DNA of 64,000 nt from Candidatus Latescibacterota bacterium (GTDB taxonomy: Bacteria; Latescibacterota; UBA2968; UBA8231). This document shows, in pieces, positions 51,466 to 61,873 of this stretch; the first letter of the stretch is position 1; each line of letters starts with the position of its first letter. The notes under the pieces were generated by a model. The model worked only from the letters and a program-made list of their open reading frames with translations. It did no database searches and was not told the DNA's origin. A program made the position numbers and the translations under genes. Location of the stretch: contig OZ242214.1 in the NCBI GenBank assembly GCA_965206595.1, positions 1,888,001 to 1,952,000 on the forward strand. The letters run 5' to 3'.

Positions 51466-52688
51466 TGAGGTTTACCCCGTCAACTGGACAGGAAGTGGCT
51501 GAAATATGGTGTCTTTGAATCTCGGTCTGTTCTTGGATCGGGGTTGTTCCCCGTACCGAATACCGGTACGGACTGAGGATCGGCCTGCTCCGAGGGGCGT
51601 GGTGCGCCTGGCAGATCCACCCCATGCCGGATCTTGGCTACTGTCTCGTATCCCTTCAGGTAGATGTCCTCGTATTTGAGCGAACGCCACAAGCGCTCGA
51701 TGAAGATAGGCCTTGCCACGAATTAACTGCACCACTGCGGTGGAGGTATCCGGTCTGTAACGCCTCCAATTATGACTCATTTATTTCGTGACAAATCCAT
51801 AGTGTCCCAGCAGCGCCAGCGGCCGTCTATGTTCATGCGCACCCCGGCGGCTCGACCCGCTGCGTAAAACTCGCTGCCGGTGAATTGCGAGCCTTGGTCG
51901 GTGATGATAATCTCGGGCGTCCCTGGGCCAGCGCTTCGTCCAGCGCTCCAGGCAGAAGGCCGCGTCCAAGGTGTTGGCCAAGCGCCAAGAGAGCACGTAG
52001 CGAGGGAACCAGCCATGATCGCCACGCGGCAGGTAGGCGATGTCACTGGCCCATACGATGTCGGGCAGGTCGACCACCCGCCGGCAAGGCAGATAGGGGC
52101 AGATTAGGTGCGAGGCTGTCGGCCCAGGACCTGCATGAGCCGGTGTGCGCGTTTGTGATTGATCGCGTAGCCCTCCTGGCGCAACGCCTGCACGAGGCGA
52201 CGCACGCCTTAGAAAAGGATTGCGGGTGTAGAGGCGATCCAGAGCGGGCATGAGCTCGAGACCGAACGGGTTCGGCGGCCGAGCGCCGACAGTAGTAACT
52301 GGAGCGCGACAGCCCCGGCAAGGCGCACTGGCGCGCCACGCTCACCCACTCAGGGCCGACTTCGATAATCGCCCGGCGCTCAGTCACAGAGAGATTCATG
52401 ATTTTTTTCAACCACTCAAGCTCCACCTTAAGGCGGCCGGTTTGCTGGTAGAGCTCGGGAATCAACGCTGTTTCGTCCTCTTTGCCGGTCTTCGACCGGG
52501 GCGGTGGAAAATCTCGGCCAGATGCTCCACCAACTGCTTCTTCCATCCGCGAATCAAGTTGGGAGGGAGGGATTACTTGCGCGCCAATTCGCTGATCCTG
52601 TACTGCTTGCGGGCGGCCCTCCAAGGCGACTTTGGCCTTGATCTGCGGGGAGTGAGAGGTGCGGTTCCTTGCCACCGGACAAATTTCA
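51466..52688 (-). mobile_element. Degenerate IS3-family element with multiple frameshifts
   Basis: KAKVALE, LSRSSYY, TDQGSQFT, IFIERLWRSLKYE fragments; TG...CA ends. Confidence 0.85.
51709..51798. mobile_element. 90-bp MITE, copy 2 (inside the IS3 remnant)
   Basis: ATA duplication; excision restores WDTIFIERLW. Confidence 0.85.
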
Positions 52689-53061
52689 ATAACCACTTCA
52701 ACGCCTCGCCGAGTATTTCTATCCCTCGTAAGGGGCAACAGGGGCTTGGTACTGAGTGGAAGAGTACTGTACTGAAAGGAGAGGAAACATCGATAGGCTC
52801 GGGAAAATAGGCTTCTCTGCATCTTCTTGTCAAACCGGTACTTACGCCAACTCACCCAAGCTCCCAGATATTCGTCGGACTCTCCCAGGAGGTCCACGAT
52901 GGCGCCTTCTCTCCCCCGTATTGGATGCTTCTGGGGTAAGGTTGATGTTGCCTTTGGAAATACTGGCCAGACCCCGGTGGAGAGTAACTGAGGCGAATGA
53001 ACCCTAACGTTGCATAAATCAGCTTGAAGGAGGTGGTTGTGGTCAGGCCGCATCCTTCAGT

Positions 53062-54732
53062 CCTGAATCCGTGAAGCCGAGAGCCTGATTTTTGGTTGCT
53101 TTCCGAGGGGAATCCAGGGTATAGTAGAGCAGGATTTGGACTCACCCTGGAGGTGAAGAATTGAGACCGGTTTCGTTTCACATTACGCAGGGCGAAGAAG
53201 CGCTGACGTCGCATTCGGGCTTGGCCTTGATCGGGGCCTTGATGGGACGCACGCGCCTGGCAGCGCGGGTGGATGAGATCACCTTGGCGGAACGACCCCA
53301 TCCCGAGGTTTCTCACGGCGACGTGATGGCGTCGATGATCGGCTTGCTGGCGCTGGGCAAGCCGGATTACGAGGCCGTGGAAGCGTTTCGTGCGGACCCT
53401 TTTTTCTGCCAGGCGCTGGGCCTGAATGCGGTGCCGTCGGCGGCCACCCTGCGGCAGCGGCTCGATGGCTTGTCCGGACCGGTGGAAGCCGCGATTCGAG
53501 AGGAGTCGGCCGACAGGGTGGCTCGTCACGCGCCGCCGATCACCCCCTGTTACGAAGTCGCCGACGGGCGTTACGGTCCCTGGATCGCGCTCGATATCGA
53601 CGTGTCGGTGTTCGACAACTCCCACACCAAAAAGCAAGGGGTGTCGTGGACCTACAAGAAGGTCGACGGCTTTGCCCCGATCTTCGCCTACTTGGGCCAG
53701 GAAGGGTACCTGATCCACTGCCAGCTGCGGCAGGGCAGCCAGCACTCCCAGGAAGGAGCCCCGGACTTTATTCGAGAGACGCTGCGGCTGGCGCGCCGCA
53801 TCACCAAGGAAAAGCTGCTGGTGCGCATGGACAGCGCCCACGACGACCTTGCCACCGTACGGCAGCTGCGGCGCACGCCCAAGACCGACTTTATCGTCAA
53901 GCGCACCCTGCGCCACGAATCGAAGCAGACGTGGCTGGAGGAGGCCCAGGCCCTGGGCCAGCGCACCTGTCCGCGGCCCGGCAAGGAACTCTTCACCGGG
54001 GCGCTGGTAGCGGACCGACAGGGGATCTTCGAACGGGTCGTTTTCGAGGTCGTGCGGCGCACGATCAGCGCCGAGGGTCAGGCGCTGCTGATCCCCGACA
54101 TCGAGGTGCAGACCTGGTGGACGAACCTGGCAGCGCCGCCCGAGGACGTGGTCCGGCTCTACCGCGAGCACAGCACCTGCGAGCAATTCCACTCCGAGCT
54201 GAAGACGGACAGGGACCTCGAACGCCTGCCGTCGGGCAAGTTCGCCACCAACGCCCTGGTGCTGCTGCTGGCCATGATGGCCTACAACACCCTGCGCCTG
54301 TGCGGCCAGACCAGCCTGCGCGAGGCGCGCCGTCTGCCTGCCGAAAAGCACGTGACTTTTCGTAAAAAGGCCGGCCGTCGGCGGCTCCGCAGTGTCATTC
54401 TGGACCTCATGTATCAGGCCGCTCGCTGGGTCCGGCACGGGCGCCGTTTCGGCCTCAGCTTCGGCTGTTTCAACCCCTGGTTCGATGTCTGGAGACGGAC
54501 CTACCTGAGAGTGTGTGCCTAAAGGCGACGATTTCCCCCGCCCTCGACTCCCCGGAGCACTCAAGGCACGCCTATGCACGCTCTTGCGACTCCTACCGAC
54601 TGGGAGAGCCATCGGGAGCGGAATCCGACGAAATGGCCTGTCGGTGACACCCAAATCCGCTGTTGACAAGTACATGACTCAGATTAAATATCGAATTTGA
54701 TCACTCGCTATAAAAGCGATCACGGATTCAGG
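53062..54732 (+). mobile_element. Second IS1380-family element (nested)
   Basis: TIR CCTGAATCCGTGA; TCAGT duplication on both flanks. Confidence 0.92.
53161..54522 (+). CDS. IS1380 transposase (intact frame)
   Basis: LTSHSGL, LDID, RMDS, EQFHSELK, PSGKFATN. Confidence 0.92.
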   Translation: MRPVSFHITQGEEALTSHSGLALIGALMGRTRLAARVDEITLAERPHPEVSHGDVMASMIGLLALGKPDYEAVEAFRADPFFCQALGLNAVPSAATLRQRLDGLSGPVEAAIREESADRVARHAPPITPCYEVADGRYGPWIALDIDVSVFDNSHTKKQGVSWTYKKVDGFAPIFAYLGQEGYLIHCQLRQGSQHSQEGAPDFIRETLRLARRITKEKLLVRMDSAHDDLATVRQLRRTPKTDFIVKRTLRHESKQTWLEEAQALGQRTCPRPGKELFTGALVADRQGIFERVVFEVVRRTISAEGQALLIPDIEVQTWWTNLAAPPEDVVRLYREHSTCEQFHSELKTDRDLERLPSGKFATNALVLLLAMMAYNTLRLCGQTSLREARRLPAEKHVTFRKKAGRRRLRSVILDLMYQAARWVRHGRRFGLSFGCFNPWFDVWRRTYLRVCA

Positions 54733-56093
54733 TCAGTGTATCGAGAAAATGCAACAGATCTTTTTCGATTTTTGGATTCGAGTTCATGGTCAGGGTCAAC
54801 TCGCCCTTGGGCTGAGTGAGACGCCCGGCGCGATGCAGGAAGCGCTGACGCAGGGTGCCCAGGGTCTGGAAGGTCCACGCCGCCGGCCGTTTGCCACGCG
54901 AATAGTTGGATCGCGCTTGCGCCAGCATCTGCATTTCGCGCCCCAGGTTGTGGGCCATCATCGCACCCAAAGTAACCATTCGGTTTCCGAGCAGCCGTCG
55001 GGTGGGGATCAGATCCAGCCCGGCCTGTTGCTTGGCCTCGGCGAAGATCCCTTCCTGAGCGCCGCGGCCATAGTGGAAGAGGAGCACGCTACGTGCCGAG
55101 CTCGGCTTGTTGGTAACCACAACGCGGTACTCGTGATCGAATGCTCGGGGTTCGAACAGATCCAGTTGCAGCGCTTCCTTGGTCTGGCGCTGTACCCTAC
55201 GGCGCGACGAAGAGAAACCGGTACGAGGCCGGCCAGCTTTTGGGTTTCCAGTCCCTCTCGAAATAGGAGCATTGCTCATCGAGATAGCACCAGCGCTGGC
55301 GCGCCTCGATTTTGTCCTTGAGTAGCGCAAAGCGTTCGCAAGGGACACTGATCGTGCATCCGACGCCATACAGGTCCATGAGGGTAAGCGTGTGGTGGCT
55401 GAAGAAGGCGCTGTCCAGTCGGGACTCGAGCACGGGGTGCGCCAGTTCGTCGCCCACGCGATCGAAAACGTTCATCATGAATTCATGAGCGTCCTTGCTG
55501 TCATGGACGTTGCCGGGCCGGTGAAGGACATCGAAGAATTGACCGGTTTGGGCCACCGTGCAAAACAGAGTGTAGTAGCTGCGCGCCCCTTTTTTCTTGG
55601 GATGGTAGCCGACCGCGGTACCTTCGGCATGACCACAAGTGGAGGACACCGAGCCGTCGAAGTCGAGGGTCAGGCGAGGACAGCGTTCGCGCCGGAGCGC
55701 TTGCACCACCAAGGTCGAAGACAGGTGGCGCACTTTTTCGACACTGGAAGGGCCCATTTTCGCCAGCGTGCGACTGACGGTGGCCACATCCGGCAGGCGA
55801 CGTACGCCCAACAAGCGCAGTACCACGGGATCGTCCCGGTAATAATCGACGTCGCGCAGCCGCCGGAAGCCCAGCAGCAGATGCAAGATGAGCCACATTA
55901 CAATGAGATGGGGACCAAAGATCGCTGGGCTTTTGGCGGGGAAGCATGGCTTCAGTCGAGCCTTGAGATCCAGGCGCTGGAAGAGGAGTTGAAAAACAAT
56001 CGTTCCGGCAAAGGAGGTAAGCTGTTGATCCTCGAAGCGAAGACGTGGGAGCTTGTGAAAACGGGCTAAAATGGCTTGTTTGCTACACTTCAC
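54733..56093 (-). pseudogene. IS1380 transposase, frameshifted near 55200 and 3'-interrupted
   Basis: LTSFAG, LDFDG, RLDS, YGRGAQE; native end DTLKDAA* lies at 53043-53061. Confidence 0.85.
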
Positions 56094-56553
56094 TTGCGGT
56101 GTCCTCCTGGAAGGGGTCGATAAATGTCTTGGTCGACATCATCAATACCCCATTTTCAGAGACGCCGCAAGTGAAGTGTGGCAGTTCAGAGATGAAAAAT
56201 GCCCTGTTTTTATGCAACCAGAGGGTGAACCCCCAATCCATCTACACAAAGACCCGGAGCGAAGCCTCGTGTTGGGAAGAGCCGAGCTAATTGTGCTGAC
56301 TGTGCTCAATCTCTTGCTGGTTCATGGGGCCGACCAAGGCTCTGCGAACATCGGCAGATCATACCTGAAGCCCCTTAAGGGACGGGTGTAACGGAGAAAG
56401 ACGTGGTTTCTTCAACAGAAAACTGCTGCAGAAGGAGACCGGAGTTCGGCATGATGAAACCAATCCGGTATCTCTACCTCTTCACCACTTTACCAGTGGT
56501 ACGCGGGGACTGAAAATTTTGGGCCCTTGCACTCGATCCCTATGTGTATGCCC

Positions 56554-57810
56554 TGGAGTTGACCCGATTTCGTGGACACTTCATTTCTTGGAGAAAGGAA
56601 GGAGGATGTCCAACATGGCGAAATCCCATGTCCCGTATCCGCCGGAATTCCGACAACAGATGGTGGAGCTCGTACGGGCCGGTCGTAGCCCGGAGGCGCT
56701 GGCCAAGAAATTCGAACCGTCCGGGCAGACGATCCGCAACTGGGTGATCCAGGCCGAACGCGATGAGGGGGTGCGCCGCGACGGGCCGAGCCGCCCGGAG
56801 CAGGAGGAGCTGCGGCGGCTCCGCCGTGAGAACAAGCAACTGCGTATTGAACGGGGGATCCTGGCAAAAGCCACGGCTTGGTTCGCTCGCGAGGCCGACT
56901 CGGGGTGCGGCCCGTCTACGAGTTCATGAGAGCGCACCAGGCCGACTTTCCGGTGTTCACGATGTGCCGCGTGCTGAAGGTTTCCCCCAGCGGCTACTAC
57001 GCCTGGTTGAAACGTCCGCCGTCGGGTCGCACTCGGGCCGATGCGGTGCTCAAGGCGCGCGTCGAGCAGATCCACCCACGCTGCCGAGGCACTTACGGGG
57101 CGCCGAGGATCCGGGCCGAACTGGCCGAGGAGGGGCGCGGCGTCAGTCGCAAGCGCATCGCCCGATGGAGGCTCGAGCTCGGCGTGCGTGGGGTATGCGG
57201 GCGGCGCCGGATCTCCACGACCCGCCGCAGCCGGCAGGGCCGGGTCGCCTCCGATCTGGTTAACCGGGTGTTTTCGGCCTCGGGCCCGAATCTGCTGTGG
57301 GTTGCCGACATCACCTACCTGCCCACCGCTTCGGGTTTTTTGTATCTGAGTGTGGTGGTCGACGCCTGGAGCCGCCGGGGGGTGGGCTGGGCCATGGCGA
57401 GCCAGCTGCGTACGCAGCTGGTGCTCGACGCCCTGGACATGGCCCTGTACCGGCGTCGTCCCCACTCGGTAATCCACCCCTCCGATCACGGCAGTCAAGT
57501 ATACGGCCCTGGCCTTCGGGCAACGCAGCCGCCAGGCCGGGGTGCGCCCGTCGATGGGATCGGTCGGTGATGGCTACGACAATGCCCTGTGCGAACGCTT
57601 TTTCGCCACGCTGGAAAGGGAGGTGTTGGATCGTCATCGCTTTGCTACCCATGCCGAGCTAGCTGTTTTCGAGTACCTGGAAGGCTGGTACAATCGCCAT
57701 CGACGGCATTCCGCCCTGGGACAACGGTCTCCCGTCAACTACGAGAATTATCACTTATCAAAGGGTGTAGATCCAAACGAAAAACTGTCCGTGAAATCGG
57801 GGTAAGCCCA
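56554..57810 (+). mobile_element. IS3-family element (orfA 56615-56929; orfB frameshifted near 57500)
   Basis: IRs TGGAGTTGACCCGATTTCGTGGACA / TGGGCTTACCCCGATTTCACGGACA; YPPEFR, WVADITY, DNALCERFF. Confidence 0.92.
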
Positions 57811-58044
57811 GCTCGCCCAACGCTTTTGGACGGTGTTCAACCCCATTTTCTCACACTCTCTGAGCATCCGGGGTTGCGGAAAGCACTGGATGAACAATGA
57901 GGTCCCTCCTTGCTAAAATGAAATAGAGCCGTTATATTCCGTCCTTGTGTCTGTTCGGGATCAGCAAATCCATGGGATTTCGGTCCCAAACAGTTGGGAT
58001 TGGCCGGGAAGAAGGGCGCTTCTCGCAAAAGAGGAAAGAACAGC

Positions 58045-58299
58045 GTGCCGAAGCTGAAATCTTCAAAAAAACGACTCGTCAAGAGCCTTGCGCTGAGAAC
58101 GAGAAATCGAAGCTACGTATCTGCGGTACGAACGGCCGTGAAGACTGTCTACTCGGCAGACGATGCCGAGACGGCGCAACGGGCCCTCGAATCGGCAGTG
58201 TCCATTATTGACAAGACTGCGAGAAAGGGAATCATCCATTCGAACAGGGCAGCGCGCACAAAATCGAGGCTTACGAGGCGAGTGGCTGGGATAGCTTGA
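58045..58299 (+). CDS. rpsT: 30S ribosomal protein S20
   Basis: KSSKKR, IDKTARKGIIHSNRAARTKSRL; GAGG before GTG. Confidence 0.95.
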   Translation: MPKLKSSKKRLVKSLALRTRNRSYVSAVRTAVKTVYSADDAETAQRALESAVSIIDKTARKGIIHSNRAARTKSRLTRRVAGIA

Positions 58300-58313
58300 T
58301 CAGGACGCGGTCT

Positions 58314-58357
58314 TGCATCGACCCCGGCGCGTCCTTGACGCTGCGGGGTCGATGCGA
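58314..58357. terminator. Long hairpin between convergent rpsT and cysK
   Basis: TGCATCGACCCCG...CGGGGTCGATGCG. Confidence 0.55.
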
Positions 58358-58433
58358 TCAGTGAGTAGTAAAGCACGCAGTAGATTCGCTGTTGTATGCA
58401 AATGGAGCTACATCTATTCTTTCCGGGGCCGGA

Positions 58434-59351
58434 TCAATCGTAGACACCAGCGCTCAAGTATCTCAAACCGCTGTCGCAAAGGATGGTCACAACCCGCCTC
58501 CCCTCCCCCATTTCTCGGGCTACTTCGACAGCCTTGACAACGTTGGCTCCGGCTGACACACCCACCAGCAAACCTTCCTCCCGGGCCAAGCGGCGCGACA
58601 TGGCATACGCGTCATCGTCACTCACTGGTCGGATTTCGTCCAGGATGTCGATGTCGAGGATTTCGGGGACAAACCCGGCACCGATTCCCTCGATATAGCT
58701 AAGACCGGGGTCCCCACCGGACAGCACGGGGGATCCTTCCGGCTCAACTGCGATTACCCGCATTTTGGGCAACTTTCGCTTGAGGACTCCGCCGACCCCC
58801 GTAACCGAGCCGCCGGTACCGACGCCAGCCACAAGCGCATCCACCTGTCCGTTCAACTGTTGCAGAATCTCGGCACCCGTAGTGCGTCTGTGTATCTCGG
58901 GATTTGCTAGGTTCGCGAACTGCTGCGGGAGGAAATACTCAGGGTTCTCAGCCTTCAACTCGATTGCCCGTTCTATGGCACCTCGCATACCCTCGGACGC
59001 AGGTGTGAGGAGGACCTCTGCTCCATACGCCTGCATCTGCAGCCGTCGCTCGCGGCTGGCAGTGTCGAACATGGTAACGATCAGCCTGTAGCCCTTGACC
59101 GCGGCGACCATCGCCAACCCGATACCAGTGTTGCCACTCGTCGGTTCGACGATTGTTCCGCTAGGTTGCAGATCTCCCGCTTCCTCAGCGGCCTCCACCA
59201 TCGCCAGGGCTATGCGGTCCTTAACACTCCCTCCTGGATTGGCTGACTCGAGTTTTCCCCAAACTTCGGCACCTCCCTCCACCACCACCCGGTTTAGGCG
59301 CACAATTGGGGTAGCCCCGATCAACCCGAGGACATTTTCAACCGTTCTCAT
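58434..59351 (-). CDS. cysK: Cysteine synthase A
   Basis: NPGGSVKDRIA, EPTSGNTG, QQFAN, GVGTGG, IEGIGAGF. Confidence 0.92.
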   Translation of the reverse strand: MRTVENVLGLIGATPIVRLNRVVVEGGAEVWGKLESANPGGSVKDRIALAMVEAAEEAGDLQPSGTIVEPTSGNTGIGLAMVAAVKGYRLIVTMFDTASRERRLQMQAYGAEVLLTPASEGMRGAIERAIELKAENPEYFLPQQFANLANPEIHRRTTGAEILQQLNGQVDALVAGVGTGGSVTGVGGVLKRKLPKMRVIAVEPEGSPVLSGGDPGLSYIEGIGAGFVPEILDIDILDEIRPVSDDDAYAMSRRLAREEGLLVGVSAGANVVKAVEVAREMGEGRRVVTILCDSGLRYLSAGVYD

Positions 59352-59530
59352 GAGCCGCGGTTCAAGTCCCAAATTGTTGAAAATCCCGCAGGGGTCCACT
59401 CGGGAAAGTTCGCAATGGGGGCAGGATACCATGTAGGACAGGTGGCTGCACGCAGCCTCCATTTTGAGGGATCTCTGCGGGCCAACCTACTGACAGGAAC
59501 CAATTCGACGCCCGTACTTATTCGAGGGCC

Positions 59531-59726
59531 TAGTGTTCTGTCCCAGGAATATATTAAAAAGGTGTGAATTTCTCATTAGGTTACCCTAAAGCGATACCGC
59601 AAGGAGGAACCTATGGCATGGGATCGGGCGTCCTGATCTCATCGTGTCTCTCCTTCGGAAAAGGTCCTTGGAGAAAAATACCCACGAAGCGGATATTATG
59701 CTAGTTATTCCTGCGACGAGGCACTA
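59531..59726 (+). mobile_element. Internally deleted IS630 derivative (mini-element)
   Basis: Left about 95 bp homologous to 11150-11243 including RBS/ATG; ends CTAGTGTTCTGTCCCAGGAAT / ATTCCTGCGACGAGGCACTAG. Confidence 0.75.
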
Positions 59727-60008
59727 GGTGTCGCATCCCCCCGCTATGGAAGGCACGATGGAAACCTTGTCGCCGTCCTTGAGTTCCGTCTCTTTGCCTT
59801 CCAGGAAGCGAATATCCTCGTCATTGACAAAGATGTTCACGTAACGGCGAAGCTCTCCCGACTCGTCAAGCAATTTCTCTTTGATGCCAGAGTGGGCGTT
59901 TTCAAGGCCCTCGATCAGGTCATCAACTGATGCCGCATCGATCTCTACTTCCGCCTGATTGTCAGTCAGCTTTCGGAGTGGGGTCGGTACGTTTACGCTC
60001 ACTGTCAT
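59724..60008 (-). CDS. MoaD/ThiS/CysO-like sulfur carrier ending GG-CDT
   Basis: VPTPLR, VNIFVNDEDIR, PSIAGG. Confidence 0.9.
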   Translation of the reverse strand: MTVSVNVPTPLRKLTDNQAEVEIDAASVDDLIEGLENAHSGIKEKLLDESGELRRYVNIFVNDEDIRFLEGKETELKDGDKVSIVPSIAGGCDT

Positions 60009-60363
60009 AGCTACCCTCCATTCTTGCTGTGTGCGGTCTACCTGCGGTCTAATTTCAATTCAAAGGGGGAGGATTGTTGGCATCGATTCCGATCCCGGGC
60101 GAGATGAATTTGCCACTGTTCAATCGAACTTCAGGAATAAACGCGATAGTATAAGCTCGGATTCCGGAAGCGGCCACCCAACGCCGATGCGAAGAGTCCC
60201 ATGGGCGACCTTCGCTGCGTAGGCCGATAGCAATCGGACGATACCGCAAGGAGTTGCGGCCGCCGCTTCCGCAAAAACAGCCAGCGACGGAAATTACGCT
60301 GTTTCCCCAGTCGGAAAACAGAAATGCTGGTTCAGGCAAAAAGTTGGTTTCCGCAGAGCCCGT

Positions 60364-60840
60364 TCACGCCGAGCCGACTTCCACCTCTGCCTCTATGAAA
60401 TCCCGCCTTCCTTCGTCCCAAGCAAACGCCCTGTGGCCGCGGACGCCGTCGCCGAAAACCGAGACGACGAGATACACAGCATGGGGGTATCCCGGTTCGT
60501 CCCAAACCATGGCGCGTTCCTTGTCTTCATCGGAGAAATAGGCATCGCAGCCGACGTGAGAGTGATAGAACCCCGATATCCAGCCCCCTTCGCGCTCCGC
60601 TGCGGAAATGATCCGAAACTGTTCCTGAGAGTCTATGAAGTAGGCGATGCGGGCGTCGCGAGGGTACCGTTGAGGGTCTTCCTGGTGCAGCCGATTCTGG
60701 ACGTTCACGCACGAGTGCACTCTCGATAGCGGACTCATTCTTCCTACTGTGAGGATCCCGCAGCACTCGGCCGGGTGCTGCGCTTCTGCATGTCGAACAA
60801 TCTGCCTCATACCTTGTTCGCTCAATCTGAGAACCTGCAC
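60364..60840 (-). CDS. JAMM/Mov34 (M67) metallopeptidase, Mec-like
   Basis: ECCG, YHSH...FSDED. Confidence 0.9.
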   Translation of the reverse strand: MQVLRLSEQGMRQIVRHAEAQHPAECCGILTVGRMSPLSRVHSCVNVQNRLHQEDPQRYPRDARIAYFIDSQEQFRIISAAEREGGWISGFYHSHVGCDAYFSDEDKERAMVWDEPGYPHAVYLVVSVFGDGVRGHRAFAWDEGRRDFIEAEVEVGSA

Positions 60841-60855
60841 TCTTACCGCACCTCC

Positions 60856-61785
60856 CTAAGGCGCCACATTTCCAGCTTCTTTCAGTGTCTTGCGCCACAT
60901 TGGCGTGCTCATGTACTTGTCCCCGCCATCGCAAAATACCGTTACCACCACCCCTTCATCGAGCCCACGGGCAACTTCGACCGCCGCCCAGTAGGCAGCT
61001 CCCGACGACTGCCCAACAAGCAAACCCTGCTCCCGCGCCAATCTCAATGTGGTGTCATAGGCAATATCGGTATCGACGGTGATCTTGTAATCGAGAAACG
61101 ATTCGTCATAAATCCCCGGCACGATTGAGCTCGCCATGTGTTTGAGGCCCTCGATCCCGTGAAAAGATTCCGGCTCGACGCCCACGACCTGGATCGCACT
61201 GTTATATCCCTTCAAGCCACGCCCAGTCCCCATAGCGGTACCGCTCGTACCCAGTGTCGCGACGAAATGGGTGACACCCCCTCCCGTTTCGCTCCAGATT
61301 TCCGGTGCTGTGGTGTCTCTGTGTGCTTTCCAGTTGGCCGGATTGTTGTACTGATCGGGTTTGAAGAAGGCCCCATCGCCGTTCTCGTAGATCCTCCGCG
61401 CCTGCAGAATGGCGCCGTCCGAACCCTCACCCGGATCGGTCAGAACGACACCGGCACCGTATGCCGAGAGGATGGCCTTTCGCTCCCGGGATACACTCGC
61501 CGGCATCGCCAGCAGTACACGGTATCCAAGGGCCGCCCCGATCATGGCGTAGGCTATTCCCGTGTTCCCCGATGTCGAGTCGAGGATGACCTTGCCTGGA
61601 ACGAGTTCTCCGCTGCGCTCGCCATCCCTGATCATGCGCAGAGCAGGCCGGTCTTTGACCGAGCCACCAGGATTGAAGAATTCGAGCTTGGCGTACAGCT
61701 CGACCTTTCGCGGGATCTCCTCGTCGTGCAGGCGAAGGAGTGGAGTGTTGCCGATTTGGTCGACTACGGACGACGTCCCAGTCAA
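60856..61785 (-). CDS. cysM: PLP-dependent cysteine synthase, CysM-like
   Basis: NPGGSVKDRP, STSGNTG, DQYNN, IEGLK. Confidence 0.8.
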   Translation of the reverse strand: MTGTSSVVDQIGNTPLLRLHDEEIPRKVELYAKLEFFNPGGSVKDRPALRMIRDGERSGELVPGKVILDSTSGNTGIAYAMIGAALGYRVLLAMPASVSRERKAILSAYGAGVVLTDPGEGSDGAILQARRIYENGDGAFFKPDQYNNPANWKAHRDTTAPEIWSETGGGVTHFVATLGTSGTAMGTGRGLKGYNSAIQVVGVEPESFHGIEGLKHMASSIVPGIYDESFLDYKITVDTDIAYDTTLRLAREQGLLVGQSSGAAYWAAVEVARGLDEGVVVTVFCDGGDKYMSTPMWRKTLKEAGNVAP

Positions 61786-61873
61786 GCGTTGCTGTGAACC
61801 TTTGCATGCCTTACGTCAATGACTGCTGCCCAAACTCGGAGTTTCTCCAATATAGCCTTGAACAATCGGAACG

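Larger units (their letters stand above)
53002..56225 (-). mobile_element. IS1380-family element (host), interrupted
   Basis: TIRs CCCTAACGTTGCATAAA / CCCTCTGGTTGCATAAA; TGAA duplication at 52998-53001 and 56226-56229. Confidence 0.88.

Noticed and set aside
52689-52997. Possible gene interrupted by IS1380 (continuing at 56230-56553)
   Set aside because: The rejoined frames show no recognisable motif; cannot be supported
52852-54675. 607-aa minus-strand ORF
   Set aside because: Antisense shadow of the IS1380 transposase in GC-rich DNA
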